Virus record (IMG/VR): IMGVR_UViG_3300021181_000008
Coordinates: 1 to 64,000 of that record
Length of the DNA stretch: 64,000 bases
Direction: 5' to 3' (one strand)
Source of the DNA: a virus
In this document: piece by piece, positions 16,759 to 26,178 of the stretch
Layout: every line of letters begins with the position of its first letter
How positions within the stretch are numbered: position 1 is the stretch's first letter
The notes under the pieces: generated by a model
Told to the model about the DNA's origin: nothing
The model's input: only the letters and a program-made list of their open reading frames with translations
The model's database searches: none
Translations under genes and position numbers: made by a program

Positions 16759-18210
16759 GTGGCATCGGAACTCGCCCAGTCGCTCAACGACACTCGGCTT
16801 CGCCTTGCGGAGGAGCTGAAGGGCCTCAACGCAACCGTCGCTGCTGAGAAGCGCAACGTCTTCACCACCGACGAGAAGATCAAGTACGAGAACCTCCACA
16901 ACGAGCTGGACTCGGTGGACACCCGCCTGCGCGGGATCCTCGCCGACGAGAAGCGCGACAAGGAGACCTCCGCAGCGTTCGACGACCTCGGCGGACGGCA
17001 GGCGACCAACCTGCGCAGCAAGAGCCAGACCGAGGACCCGTTCACGGAGCGCGCTCGCGCCTTCCTCGACCGGGACCGCGCCGACGTTCGCTCGCTGGAC
17101 ATCGGCGACTGGAAGTCCTCGCGACTGGTCAATCGCCTGATCGAGAACCGCTCGACCGGCCCGGCGACCCAGTTCCCCGGCGGCGGCCTGACTCCGTACG
17201 AGTCTCGTGTGCTGTACGACAACTACGTCGGCGGTGGCACCCCTGGATCGTTCACCAACGTCTCCGGTGCCGGCCTCGTGCCGATCGACTTCTACGACCA
17301 GATGATCTCGTACCTCATTGAGGTCTCCGGCCTCATGCAGTGCGGCCCCTCGGTCATCAACTCGCAGGGTGGAGAGCCCCTCCAGATCCCCTACGTCACC
17401 AACCAGACCGGCCAGACCACGGCCGGCGCGCAGGTGAACATCTCCGCTCAGCAGGGTGCGCCGCTTCCGGGCGCTGACCCCGGCTTCGGGCAGAAGACGC
17501 TCTCGTCGAACAAGTTCGGCATCCTCGTCCAGGTCGCTCGCGAGCTGATCGACGACTCCGGCATCAACCTGCTCCAGTACCTGGCGATGTCGGCCGGGCG
17601 CGCGGTGGGCAACATGCTCGGAACCTCGCTGGTCAACGGCACCAACGGAATGTCCGGCGGAATCGTCGCCGGTACCAACTCCGCTCCGGTGGCCGTGACC
17701 GGTGGCCTGTCCAACGTCATCTCGGCGCAGTACAACACGCCGGGCGGCACGGGCATCACCGGTGCTCCGACCTACAACAACCTGCTGGACCTTGAGTACA
17801 GCATCATCGCCCCGTACCGTCAGTCGCGCTCGTGCTACTGGCTGGCGGCGGACAAGACGCTGGGTCTGCTTCGCAAGATGGTGGACACCAACGCTCGTCC
17901 CGTCTGGGAGCCCTCGACGATCCTCGGGTCGCCGGACCTCCTGCTGGGCAAGCCGCTGGTCGCGGACCCGTTCATGCCGGCCTACGGGCAGACGGCGGGC
18001 ACCGGGAACAAGTCCATCGCGTTCGGCGACTTCTCGCAGTACTTCGTGCGCCTCATCGGCGGAGTGCGGTTCGAGCGGTCGGACGACTTCGCCTTCAACA
18101 CGGACCTGGTGACCTTCCGTGCCATCGTCCGTGCGGACGGGAACCTGATGAACCCGCCCACCTCGATCACCACGCAGCCGCTCCAGCTTTTCCAGGGCGG
18201 CGCGAGCTGA
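16759..18210 (+). CDS. Major capsid protein (HK97 fold)
   Basis: Coiled-coil delta domain, G.LVP, RELIDDS, LLGKP, FGDFS, R.DG. Confidence 0.93.
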   Translation: MASELAQSLNDTRLRLAEELKGLNATVAAEKRNVFTTDEKIKYENLHNELDSVDTRLRGILADEKRDKETSAAFDDLGGRQATNLRSKSQTEDPFTERARAFLDRDRADVRSLDIGDWKSSRLVNRLIENRSTGPATQFPGGGLTPYESRVLYDNYVGGGTPGSFTNVSGAGLVPIDFYDQMISYLIEVSGLMQCGPSVINSQGGEPLQIPYVTNQTGQTTAGAQVNISAQQGAPLPGADPGFGQKTLSSNKFGILVQVARELIDDSGINLLQYLAMSAGRAVGNMLGTSLVNGTNGMSGGIVAGTNSAPVAVTGGLSNVISAQYNTPGGTGITGAPTYNNLLDLEYSIIAPYRQSRSCYWLAADKTLGLLRKMVDTNARPVWEPSTILGSPDLLLGKPLVADPFMPAYGQTAGTGNKSIAFGDFSQYFVRLIGGVRFERSDDFAFNTDLVTFRAIVRADGNLMNPPTSITTQPLQLFQGGAS

Positions 18211-18224
18211 TCTAGCTCAACCGA

Positions 18225-18263
18225 AGAACGACCGTCATCAGCTATGCTGGTGGCGGTCGTTCT
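18225..18263 (+). terminator. Long hairpin after the capsid gene
   Basis: GAACGACCGTCATCAGC-TAT-GCTGGTGGCGGTCGTTC. Confidence 0.7.
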
Positions 18264-18286
18264 CGTTTCCGACGAAAGGAATCCCG

Positions 18287-18715
18287 ATGAGTACCGAATG
18301 GGCAATCCCGCAGCAGCTCCTCACTGATGCCTCCCTGCCGGCCGGGCCGGCTCCCAACCCGCCGACTGTGCCCGATCCTTCACCGGGTACGCCAGTCACC
18401 AGCGGCACCCAGGACTGGGAGCGTGTGATGTCCCAGCACGCACTCCAGCTCACCACCGCTGATTTCGCCGGATTCGGCAGCATCAACGTCGTACTCATGG
18501 GCTCCCTTGACGGGACGAACTGGTACACGATCCTGACGGCAAATCCCAATGACCTGACCGGTGGCGATCCGCCTACTGCCACTGACGGAACATTCATGGT
18601 CGTCGCTACAGGGATGCCTGCGCGGTACGTTCAGATCGTTGCAACGGCATACTCGTTCAGTTCTTCTGTCGCATCTGGGACGGTGGTAGCTGCCATCGTC
18701 ACTGCGCGGGAATAG
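18287..18715 (+). CDS. Hypothetical virion-associated protein
   Basis: AAAGGA RBS; beta-rich with GSLDG.NW motif; follows the capsid gene. Confidence 0.65.
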   Translation: MSTEWAIPQQLLTDASLPAGPAPNPPTVPDPSPGTPVTSGTQDWERVMSQHALQLTTADFAGFGSINVVLMGSLDGTNWYTILTANPNDLTGGDPPTATDGTFMVVATGMPARYVQIVATAYSFSSSVASGTVVAAIVTARE

Positions 18716-18732
18716 CGTTAGCTCGGCGCAGC

Positions 18733-18767
18733 CGGAACCCCTATCAGCTAAGCTGGTAGGGGTTCCG
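18733..18767 (+). terminator. Long hairpin
   Basis: CGGAACCCCTATCAGC-TAA-GCTGGTAGGGGTTCCG. Confidence 0.7.
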
Positions 18768-18785
18768 CCGTTCCTAGGAGATGAC

Positions 18786-19148
18786 ATGGCACTCACAAGC
18801 CTCAATGCGCCCCCGCCCGAGCCCCAGCCGCTCGGTCCCGTCCCGCAGGGCCACCGCCGAGTGATGTTCCTGAGTCCCTACAACATGTCTGACCTCAACG
18901 CGGGCAAGGATGAGGTCCGTGATGTGCCTACTGACCTCGCCCAGCAGTACGTGAGGAACGGCATGGCGATGATGTTCGATGACCTGCCGCCTGAGCCCGA
19001 GCCTGAGGTAGTCGAGGTCGAGCGACCGGCCATGAACGCACCCAAGGCCGCCTGGGTCGATTACGCCGTCTCGCAGGGCATGAACAAGCTGGACGCCCAG
19101 TGCATGACCAAGGCCGACCTCCAGAACGAGTACAACGAGCGGCTCTAG
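18786..19148 (+). CDS. Hypothetical head-region protein
   Basis: AGGAG RBS; C-terminal P...A.KAAWVDYA...G....MTKADL motif. Confidence 0.7.
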   Translation: MALTSLNAPPPEPQPLGPVPQGHRRVMFLSPYNMSDLNAGKDEVRDVPTDLAQQYVRNGMAMMFDDLPPEPEPEVVEVERPAMNAPKAAWVDYAVSQGMNKLDAQCMTKADLQNEYNERL

Positions 19149-19864
19149 AAGTCGTCCCAGTACTCGCGGCGGACGAACTGTAGCCACTGCTCGACGACGC
19201 CCTCGTCAGCGACATCGGGCAGTACGCCGGGAATGTCGAACTCGCCCTCGGCCCACTTGAGGTAGTCCACGGCCATGTCGAGGTTCCCGGCCGCCACCTC
19301 CTCGCCGAACAGGCGGCAGAGCCCTGCCTGACCGTCGCGCAGCCTGACCGTCAGCTTGCCTGTCCGGTGAAGTTCGACACCCTGCTCCAGCAGTCGCCAC
19401 AGGTGGCGTGCGTGCTTCTCGGTGCGCTTGCGGGTGTCGGAGCTGAACGAGCCGTCCTCCCTGTTCTTGATGCGGCGGAACTGCTGGCTGGCATAGCCGA
19501 AGTAGGCATCGCGGACGTACTTCTCCGACAGAAACGTCTTCCGGATGTCGATGAGCATCTCGCCCGCGTCCTGCGACACCTCGTACTCGTCCAGCCACAG
19601 CAGCTCGGTCACCGTGGGATTGCAGTGCAGCAGCAGGCCGGCCAGCTTGCCCGCTTCGTGGTAGGTGAAGTCGGGGGCGGTGCCGTGCCAGGTGGACGTC
19701 TTGACAGTGGGAGGATGCAGCCCGTGAAGCTGGGAAGTGGGCGCGACATAGCACCCGATCCGGTCAATGTCCGAGGCGGGAGTGGCAAGGCCATAGGCAG
19801 TCGAGCCGTTTATGCCACCGAGGATTAGTTCTCCGCGGGGATTGGGGTCTTCGAGAGGAAGCAT
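19145..19864 (-). CDS. Pol-beta-superfamily nucleotidyltransferase (RlaP/YcgL-like)
   Basis: GSTAYGLATP.SD.D, NPT..ELLW, K.ARHL.RLL; leaderless TAGGAT + 7 nt + ATG. Confidence 0.85.
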   Translation of the reverse strand: MLPLEDPNPRGELILGGINGSTAYGLATPASDIDRIGCYVAPTSQLHGLHPPTVKTSTWHGTAPDFTYHEAGKLAGLLLHCNPTVTELLWLDEYEVSQDAGEMLIDIRKTFLSEKYVRDAYFGYASQQFRRIKNREDGSFSSDTRKRTEKHARHLWRLLEQGVELHRTGKLTVRLRDGQAGLCRLFGEEVAAGNLDMAVDYLKWAEGEFDIPGVLPDVADEGVVEQWLQFVRREYWDDF

Positions 19865-19935
19865 GCGTGTCATCCTACTATGCTCGCGCGGCGCAACTCT
19901 CTATCCTGGGGGTAGGACTACAGAGGAGAAGAACC

Positions 19936-20472
19936 ATGGCTACTGCACGCGACGGGTCGAACCCCGGCCGCACGGGCGTCCCTGCGCGGCAGGACCCGTC
20001 TCCCGCTCGCCACGGGCGGGCGTCGAGTCTTGACCCGACTGTTCAGGAAGGCCAGCTCCCCAGCGAGATCTTCGGCCTTCCCACCGACATCAAGTCGAGC
20101 GGAATGAAGGGGTCCAGCGCTGCCAAGCAGCCGGCGGACGTCACCCTGCACCCCGGCCAGCTCGACGACGACCTCGGCCACACCGCAGAGCAGTTCGTCA
20201 CGGACTCCGGCATGCCGGGCTCGGGCGGCGCTTCACCGCAGGCTGGCGGCGAGTCCGTCACCTACACCGACCCTTACGGGATCATCGGTGGCGTGAACCG
20301 CGACGTTCACACCAGCGGCGCGACCAGCGGCCCGGGCGACTGGACCACGTGGGGCGACGACAACGGCTTCAGCGGACCGACGCTGCCCGGCCTGGAGAAC
20401 AACCGGCCGACCGACTCCGGCATCGGCCACGGCCACGTGAGCGCTCACGCGCACCCCAACGCCGGGCAGTAA
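19936..20472 (+). CDS. Gly/Ser/Asp-rich hypothetical protein
   Basis: GAGGAG RBS; follows a TAGGA-type promoter. Confidence 0.7.
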   Translation: MATARDGSNPGRTGVPARQDPSPARHGRASSLDPTVQEGQLPSEIFGLPTDIKSSGMKGSSAAKQPADVTLHPGQLDDDLGHTAEQFVTDSGMPGSGGASPQAGGESVTYTDPYGIIGGVNRDVHTSGATSGPGDWTTWGDDNGFSGPTLPGLENNRPTDSGIGHGHVSAHAHPNAGQ

Positions 20473-20475
20473 GTC

Positions 20476-20754
20476 ATGAGCTTCTGGGCGTCGGCCAACT
20501 CACCGAACCAGGGGTATGCACCCGGCGCGCAAGTCGGGTACATCCCTCGGGCAGATGCGCCGGCCGGCAGCCAGACAGCAGGAGCTTTCGGACCGATGGC
20601 GGGCGGGTTCGGCGAACGTGTGCCGGACCCGAACCCCGTACCCGAAGATGAGACACCAGAAGAGGAGGTGCCTGATGGCGAGCAAGGGCTTCACGAAGAA
20701 CAGCTCGGGGAAGTCGTTCGAGGAGATGTCGAACGGAGTGACGGACCTGAGTGA
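20476..20754 (+). CDS. Hypothetical protein
   Basis: ORF directly after the upstream stop. Confidence 0.5.
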   Translation: MSFWASANSPNQGYAPGAQVGYIPRADAPAGSQTAGAFGPMAGGFGERVPDPNPVPEDETPEEEVPDGEQGLHEEQLGEVVRGDVERSDGPE

Positions 20755-20959
20755 CCTGGCCAAGGGGTCGCTGATGTGCGGCGAGTCCATGAGTGGCGGC
20801 AACATGGTCACGGCCAAGGTCACGTCCGAGCAGCTTGCCGCGCCGGGCACCCCGTCCGAGCAGACCGCGACGAACATCCTCGGCGAGGATCTCAACGCCA
20901 ACCACATCCACGATCCGGCTGCGTGCCCGCAGACGAACGACCGTAAGGAAGTCCACTGA
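20675..20959 (+). CDS. Hypothetical protein
   Basis: GAGGAGGT RBS; TGATG coupling to the next gene. Confidence 0.6.
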   Translation: MASKGFTKNSSGKSFEEMSNGVTDLSDLAKGSLMCGESMSGGNMVTAKVTSEQLAAPGTPSEQTATNILGEDLNANHIHDPAACPQTNDRKEVH

Positions 20960-21207
20960 TGGCCGAATCCTGGGGGCCGGTAGGCCACCCCACCACCGAG
21001 GGCAAGACCCCCGGCTCACCTGACGGCGAGGTTGTCGAGGCCGGTCACGGCGGCGTGAACTACAACGCCACCGATGGCCGCCACAGCAAGCCCGATCACG
21101 AGGGCTGGGTCTCCGTTGACCCCAAGTCCGGCTCGGTCAGCGACACCGACTGGGCCGACCAGACCGGGCGCTTCGCTGACGGGCCTGGACCGTGGCGTCA
21201 GACCTGA
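20959..21207 (+). CDS. Hypothetical protein
   Basis: Coupled ORF. Confidence 0.6.
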   Translation: MAESWGPVGHPTTEGKTPGSPDGEVVEAGHGGVNYNATDGRHSKPDHEGWVSVDPKSGSVSDTDWADQTGRFADGPGPWRQT

Positions 21208-21926
21208 GTTTCAAGCTTGGCAGGAACCCCGGCCATGTGCCCAACGGTCTACGCGACCTGACCTGGTACGTGGCCGGAGATCTGCCCGCGCCGCCTGTTC
21301 GCCGCCCTGTGCCGCCTCCGGGCAACGGCAACTGGGGCATGGACGGCAACGACGTCTACGGTGATTGCGGCGTCGCGGGCCTCCACCACGGGGACATGTG
21401 CGTCGAGTACGACACGGCCACGCCGGTTGTCCCGATCACCTCCGACCAGATCACCCAGTACTACCTGAGCTACACGGGCGGGCAAGACAACGGCGTGGTC
21501 CTCGCGGACTTCCTGGGCTACGTGCAGAAGACCGGCTTCTTCGGCCACTCGGTCGATGCGTACGCGCCGGTCAGCATCAGCGACATGAAGACGCTCCAGT
21601 TCGCCACCAACGCGTACGGCTTCTGCTACACGGGCATCCAGGTGACCGACCTGATGATGAACGCGTCGAGCGCCGGCCAGCCGTGGACCGCGGACACGTT
21701 CGCCAACGGCACCGTCGAGGGCGGCCACTGCGTGCCGATCATCGGCTACGGCACCGACAACCTGTACGTCGCCACCTGGGGCATGATGCAGGCCATCGAG
21801 TACAGCGCCTGGCACCTCATCGCCGAAGAGGCGTGGGCCGTGCTCATGAGCGAAGTGACGGCCAAGGGCAACCACGGCATCAACCTCGCCGCACTCAAGG
21901 CGGACATCTCCAAGCTCAAGGTGTGA
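21192..21926 (+). CDS. Papain-like cysteine peptidase
   Basis: GDCGVAG, DNG, GGHCV.IIGY, TWG. Confidence 0.7.
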   Translation: MASDLSFKLGRNPGHVPNGLRDLTWYVAGDLPAPPVRRPVPPPGNGNWGMDGNDVYGDCGVAGLHHGDMCVEYDTATPVVPITSDQITQYYLSYTGGQDNGVVLADFLGYVQKTGFFGHSVDAYAPVSISDMKTLQFATNAYGFCYTGIQVTDLMMNASSAGQPWTADTFANGTVEGGHCVPIIGYGTDNLYVATWGMMQAIEYSAWHLIAEEAWAVLMSEVTAKGNHGINLAALKADISKLKV

Positions 21927-21929
21927 CCG

Positions 21930-22250
21930 ATGTGGTGGGCAGAGCTGATGACCTGGCTCTACGTGCACTTCGGCGTCAAGGGCTTCGGGCCTTACTACGG
22001 CTTCTGGTCGGGCGCGGGCTCTGACCTGGGCGAGGCGTCTCTCCTGATCGCCATTCTCGCGGCGATGTGGCACATGTTCCGCGTGCACAACTGCGAAGTT
22101 CATCACTGCTGGCGCATCGGCCGTCACAAGACCCTCGTCGGCCACTGCGTCTGCCGCAAGCATCACCCCGACATGCCCGACAAGCCGCCGACCGCGACGT
22201 GCGTTGCCGCAGAGCATGAGAGGGCCAAGGATGCGGCTGATCCTGGTTGA
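21930..22250 (+). CDS. Membrane protein with Cys/His-rich C-terminus
   Basis: FWSG.GSD, transmembrane segment, NC...CWRIG...C.KHHP. Confidence 0.65.
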   Translation: MWWAELMTWLYVHFGVKGFGPYYGFWSGAGSDLGEASLLIAILAAMWHMFRVHNCEVHHCWRIGRHKTLVGHCVCRKHHPDMPDKPPTATCVAAEHERAKDAADPG

Positions 22251-22323
22251 GATCCTGGTACCTTTGATTCCGATCGTCGCGGGACTCACACTGCTCTGGC
22301 TAGCGAAGAGGTATCACTGGTGA
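22231..22323 (+). CDS. 30-aa hydrophobic peptide
   Basis: MRLILVEILVPLIPIVAGLTLLWLAKRYHW; GTGA overlap with the next gene. Confidence 0.4.
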   Translation: MRLILVEILVPLIPIVAGLTLLWLAKRYHW

Positions 22324-23036
22324 TTCACTTCTACCACCTGTGGCTGGGCGGCGACTGGAAGACTATCGCTGACGAGCATTTCGCTGCCCTGCGCGCGGCC
22401 GAGTTTCCCGGCGGCGTTCGCGTAGGGCTCGTCGGCTCTCCGGAAGCGCGCGATGAAGCGCAGAACTGGCTCGACCGACGCTGGAATTACGGCATCGCGG
22501 ATGAGGCCGACGAGGGCTTTGAGGAAGTGACCCTGCGCTCTCTGCACGACCTTGCCGGGGCGCTCCAGCCCAGCACGCCGATCCTCTACGCGCACAACAA
22601 GGGCTCGTTCCACCCTGTGAGCAAGGCGGGCATCGACGAGAACACGCCTTGGCGGCAGGAGATGACGCGCTACTTCGTGGACGCCTGGAGTTCTCGCGTA
22701 GCGGAGCTGTCCGGACATGACGTGGTGGCGTGGCACTGGCTCCCGGCCGGAATCATAGGCCCTACCGGCATCGCGCTCGACTGCACGGTTCCGGCGGGGA
22801 ACTTCTGGCTTGCCCGCGCGGGCTACCTCAAGAAGCTGCCGTTGCTGCCGCCGAAGCTGGTCGAGGACAACAGGATCGAGGCCGAGACCTGGCTTGCGGA
22901 GGGCAACCCGCGCGTGAAGTGCCTAAGCACCGAATGGCCGTCTGTGAGCATTGGCCACTGGGAGTTTCAGTACGCGATGCCCGGCTTCCCGCACACAGGC
23001 CGTTGGGTGCTCATTTCGGATAATCCTGTAGACTGA
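22320..23036 (+). CDS. Putative glycan-biosynthesis protein (YxHxKG / GNFW family)
   Basis: E..TL, LYAHNKG, WR..M, GNFW.AR..YL, R..AE.W; lies in the GT cluster. Confidence 0.55.
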   Translation: MIHFYHLWLGGDWKTIADEHFAALRAAEFPGGVRVGLVGSPEARDEAQNWLDRRWNYGIADEADEGFEEVTLRSLHDLAGALQPSTPILYAHNKGSFHPVSKAGIDENTPWRQEMTRYFVDAWSSRVAELSGHDVVAWHWLPAGIIGPTGIALDCTVPAGNFWLARAGYLKKLPLLPPKLVEDNRIEAETWLAEGNPRVKCLSTEWPSVSIGHWEFQYAMPGFPHTGRWVLISDNPVD

Positions 23037-23041
23037 CCGGC

Positions 23042-24103
23042 GTGAAGATTCTCGCCTCGCACGACGGCGGTTCCGGCTGCGCCTGGTACCGGATGATACT
23101 CCCCCTTGAAGCGGTCGCTGAGTACGCCCCCGGCGTGGATGTCACCTTCCGCCGTGGCGGTATGGCGTCCATGGAGAACCCGCCGCCCCAGCTCCAGATA
23201 GATGATGTCGAGGGCATGGACGTGATGGTCGGCCAGCGGGTTAACGCGTACGAGGGGCTCGGGCTCTGGCGGCGCTGGAATACGCCGTGGCGTAGGACCG
23301 TCTACGAGAACGACGACGATGTTTTCAACATCACGCACGAGAACGTCGGTGCCTACGAGTCGTACAAGGAAGGATCCGAGCTGCGCGAAGCGGTCAAGCG
23401 CTACTGCGACACCGCCGCTCTGATTACCGTCTCCACTCCGCACCTGGGCGACCTGCACCGCGAGATGTCCCCCGGCGTGCCCGTGGAAGTCCTCCCCAAC
23501 TACATCCCTGCGTTCGTGCTCGACTTGCCCCGCGATGAGAAGCCCCGGCCGCGTATCGGCTGGATGGGCGGCTCCAGTCACGTGCGCGATCTCGAAGAGG
23601 CCGCAGGCTCGGTCAGGCGCTTCATGCAGCGGCACGGTGACTGGGACATGTACGTGGCCGGCGCGGACTACCGCCGATCTTTCAGGGTGCCCAAGGACCG
23701 CCTCTTCTACGTGCCGTGGCTGCACGTCAGCAATGACCCGAGGCTGTTCTACCGGATGATCGACTACGACATCGGCATCTGCCCGCTGCTGGACACCCAG
23801 TTCGCCCGGTCCAAGAGCGCGATCAAGGCGCTGGAATACTCGGCGAGGGGCATTCCGGTAATCGCCAGCGACGTCGAGCCCTACCGGCGGTTCATTCACG
23901 ACGGAGTGGACGGCTTCCTGGTTAAGACCCCGCACGAGTGGCTGAACCGACTCGAAACTCTCGCCAATGACGAAGACCTGCGGCTCATGATGGGCGCGGC
24001 GGCGAAAGAGAACGCCCGGAAGCACACGATCGAGGAGCACTGGCCTGAATGGGTGAACGCGTACAAGATGCTGTTCCCCGTGGACTGGGATTACCAGGGC
24101 TGA
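23042..24103 (+). CDS. GT-B (family 4-like) glycosyltransferase
   Basis: GC.WYR..P, YENDD, IGWMG.SSH..DL, DIGICPL..F..KS.IK.LEY..G.PVIAS. Confidence 0.88.
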   Translation: MKILASHDGGSGCAWYRMILPLEAVAEYAPGVDVTFRRGGMASMENPPPQLQIDDVEGMDVMVGQRVNAYEGLGLWRRWNTPWRRTVYENDDDVFNITHENVGAYESYKEGSELREAVKRYCDTAALITVSTPHLGDLHREMSPGVPVEVLPNYIPAFVLDLPRDEKPRPRIGWMGGSSHVRDLEEAAGSVRRFMQRHGDWDMYVAGADYRRSFRVPKDRLFYVPWLHVSNDPRLFYRMIDYDIGICPLLDTQFARSKSAIKALEYSARGIPVIASDVEPYRRFIHDGVDGFLVKTPHEWLNRLETLANDEDLRLMMGAAAKENARKHTIEEHWPEWVNAYKMLFPVDWDYQG

Positions 24104-24139
24104 TGTAGACTATCCGCGTAACAGCGACCAGGAGGTCTG

Positions 24140-24982
24140 ATGAGGGTACTGGTAACCGGCAGCAGCGGTTTCATCGGCAGCGCGGTGCGCAAGGTGCTGG
24201 AGGCCATCGGCGACGAGGTAGTCCCGTTCGATATGCCCGAGCACGATGTCCGCGACGCCGCCGACCTGCACCACATGGTCATCTCCACGGGCGCTAGCGC
24301 GATCATCAACCTCGCCGGCATGCTCGGGACGCCCGAGCTGTTCGGGCACGAGGTCAAGGCCGCCGAGACGAACATCATCGGCGCGATCAACGTCTACGAC
24401 GTGGCCGCCGAGTTCCGCATCCCGGTCGTGCAGATCGGCACCGGGCACAAGGGCCAGCCGAACCCGTACGCCATCACCAAGGGCTGCGCAGAGGACATCG
24501 GACTGGCCCGCGCCCGGTTCCGGCAGGAAGAGATCGCGATCGTCCGCGCGTACCACGTCTACGGCCCCGGCCAGCCTGTCGGCCCGCCGCACGGCGACGC
24601 GCACGTCCACAAGTTCTTCCCCACGTTCGCCACCCGAGGGCTCACCGACATGGACCTGGAGCTGTGCGGCGGCGGCGAGCAGACCATCGACGCGGTGTAC
24701 GTGGACGACGTGGCCCAGGTGCTGGTGGAGTCGATCGAGGGACCGTACGGCAAGGTGCTGGAAGCGGGCACCGGCTTCGGGATGTCCGTCGCGGAGATCG
24801 CCTACGACATCCTGTCCTTCATGCAGAGCAGGTCGGTTGTGAGGACCGTCGAGGGCCGTGACGGCGAGCCGCATAACGCCGATGTCGTGGCCGGAGCGCC
24901 GTTGTGCCAGAACCTGTGGCCCTACAAGGCCGCCGAGACAGTGGAGTGGTACCGACAGTGGCTAGCAGCACACCCTCGCTAG
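24140..24982 (+). CDS. NAD-dependent epimerase/dehydratase
   Basis: VTGSSGFIG, INLAG, YAITK, VYGPG. Confidence 0.88.
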   Translation: MRVLVTGSSGFIGSAVRKVLEAIGDEVVPFDMPEHDVRDAADLHHMVISTGASAIINLAGMLGTPELFGHEVKAAETNIIGAINVYDVAAEFRIPVVQIGTGHKGQPNPYAITKGCAEDIGLARARFRQEEIAIVRAYHVYGPGQPVGPPHGDAHVHKFFPTFATRGLTDMDLELCGGGEQTIDAVYVDDVAQVLVESIEGPYGKVLEAGTGFGMSVAEIAYDILSFMQSRSVVRTVEGRDGEPHNADVVAGAPLCQNLWPYKAAETVEWYRQWLAAHPR

Positions 24983-25608
24983 TATCGGTCGTAACGCCGA
25001 CCTGGAACCGGGACGAGTTCATCATGCGGGCGATCATGTCCGTTGCCATGCAAACGTACCGGCCCATTCAGCACATCGTCGTAGCGGACGGTCCTAATCC
25101 CGAGCTTGAACGCCTGCTCCGGTGCATCAGCCGTGATCATCCGGCCACAGGATACGAGTTCGTCTTTGAGTGCCTGCCGGAGCACGGAATGGGCGGCCGA
25201 TGGGGTCACACCGCACGGATGCGCGGGATCGATCTCGCCAAGGGCGAGTACATCGCCTATCTGGACGACGATGACGCGTACTGGCCGGAGCACGTGGCGA
25301 ACCTCGCCCAACTGCTTGACGACGACCCGGAGATCGGGTTCGCGCACGCCAGTCTCTGGATGCATGATCAGGGAGGCGATGCGGGCGGCTGGGTATGCGC
25401 TGCGCCGACTCCCTGCTTCGGCCGGATAACCACGTCGGCTATCATGCACCGGAGAGAGCTACTCGATGTAGCCACTTGGCGTGATGACGGCGTGCAGGAA
25501 ACTGTGGACTGGGATCTCATAAGCCGGTGGGTGGACAGCGGAGTGCGATCGGCGTTCAGCGAGCAGGTAAGCGCGCACGGGTACAGGGAATTCGGCGGTT
25601 CACGCTAA
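24958..25608 (+). CDS. GT-A (family 2) glycosyltransferase
   Basis: VSVVTPTWNR, VVADG, YLDDDD. Confidence 0.88.
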   Translation: MASSTPSLVSVVTPTWNRDEFIMRAIMSVAMQTYRPIQHIVVADGPNPELERLLRCISRDHPATGYEFVFECLPEHGMGGRWGHTARMRGIDLAKGEYIAYLDDDDAYWPEHVANLAQLLDDDPEIGFAHASLWMHDQGGDAGGWVCAAPTPCFGRITTSAIMHRRELLDVATWRDDGVQETVDWDLISRWVDSGVRSAFSEQVSAHGYREFGGSR

Positions 25609-25620
25609 AGAGGAGCACCA

Positions 25621-26178
25621 ATGCATTTGCCATGGCGAGACATCCTGCCGGTTCCGACAGCGACCAGGGCCGTCAACACGTCGATGACCGAGAACGAGGC
25701 CGCCGAGCTGGCCGCTCTCGCCGAGGGAAAGGACGTGCTGGAGATCGGCTCGGCCAACGGGTTCTCGGCGTGCGCCATGGCCCTCGGCGGCGCTGAGAGC
25801 GTTACCGCGATCGACCCGCACTCCTGGGTGCCCGGCTCCCTGCCCGCAATGCAGGCGAACCTGAGCGCGTACGGCGTCGAGGACAAGGTGGACGTTATCG
25901 AGGCCACGTTCTACGACGCGTTCGAGCCGCTCAAGCAGGCGGGCCGGAAGTTCGGCTTCATCTTCATCGACGGCGACCACACCGGCCCCGCCATCACGTT
26001 CGACGTGAACCACGCCTACGAACTCCTCGCGCCGGGCGGCGTCATCGCCTGCCACGACTACGGCGAGTGCTGCTGCATGGAAGTTCAGCCCGCGCTCGAC
26101 GCGCTGTTCCCCAACGGGCCGACGCGGCTGACCGACACCCTGTTCATCGTGTACACCGAGGAGCCGTCCGATGGCTAA
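25621..26178 (+). CDS. Class I SAM methyltransferase (Methyltransf_24-like)
   Basis: LEIGS.NGFS, FIDGDH, L.PGGVI..HD. Confidence 0.85.
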   Translation: MHLPWRDILPVPTATRAVNTSMTENEAAELAALAEGKDVLEIGSANGFSACAMALGGAESVTAIDPHSWVPGSLPAMQANLSAYGVEDKVDVIEATFYDAFEPLKQAGRKFGFIFIDGDHTGPAITFDVNHAYELLAPGGVIACHDYGECCCMEVQPALDALFPNGPTRLTDTLFIVYTEEPSDG

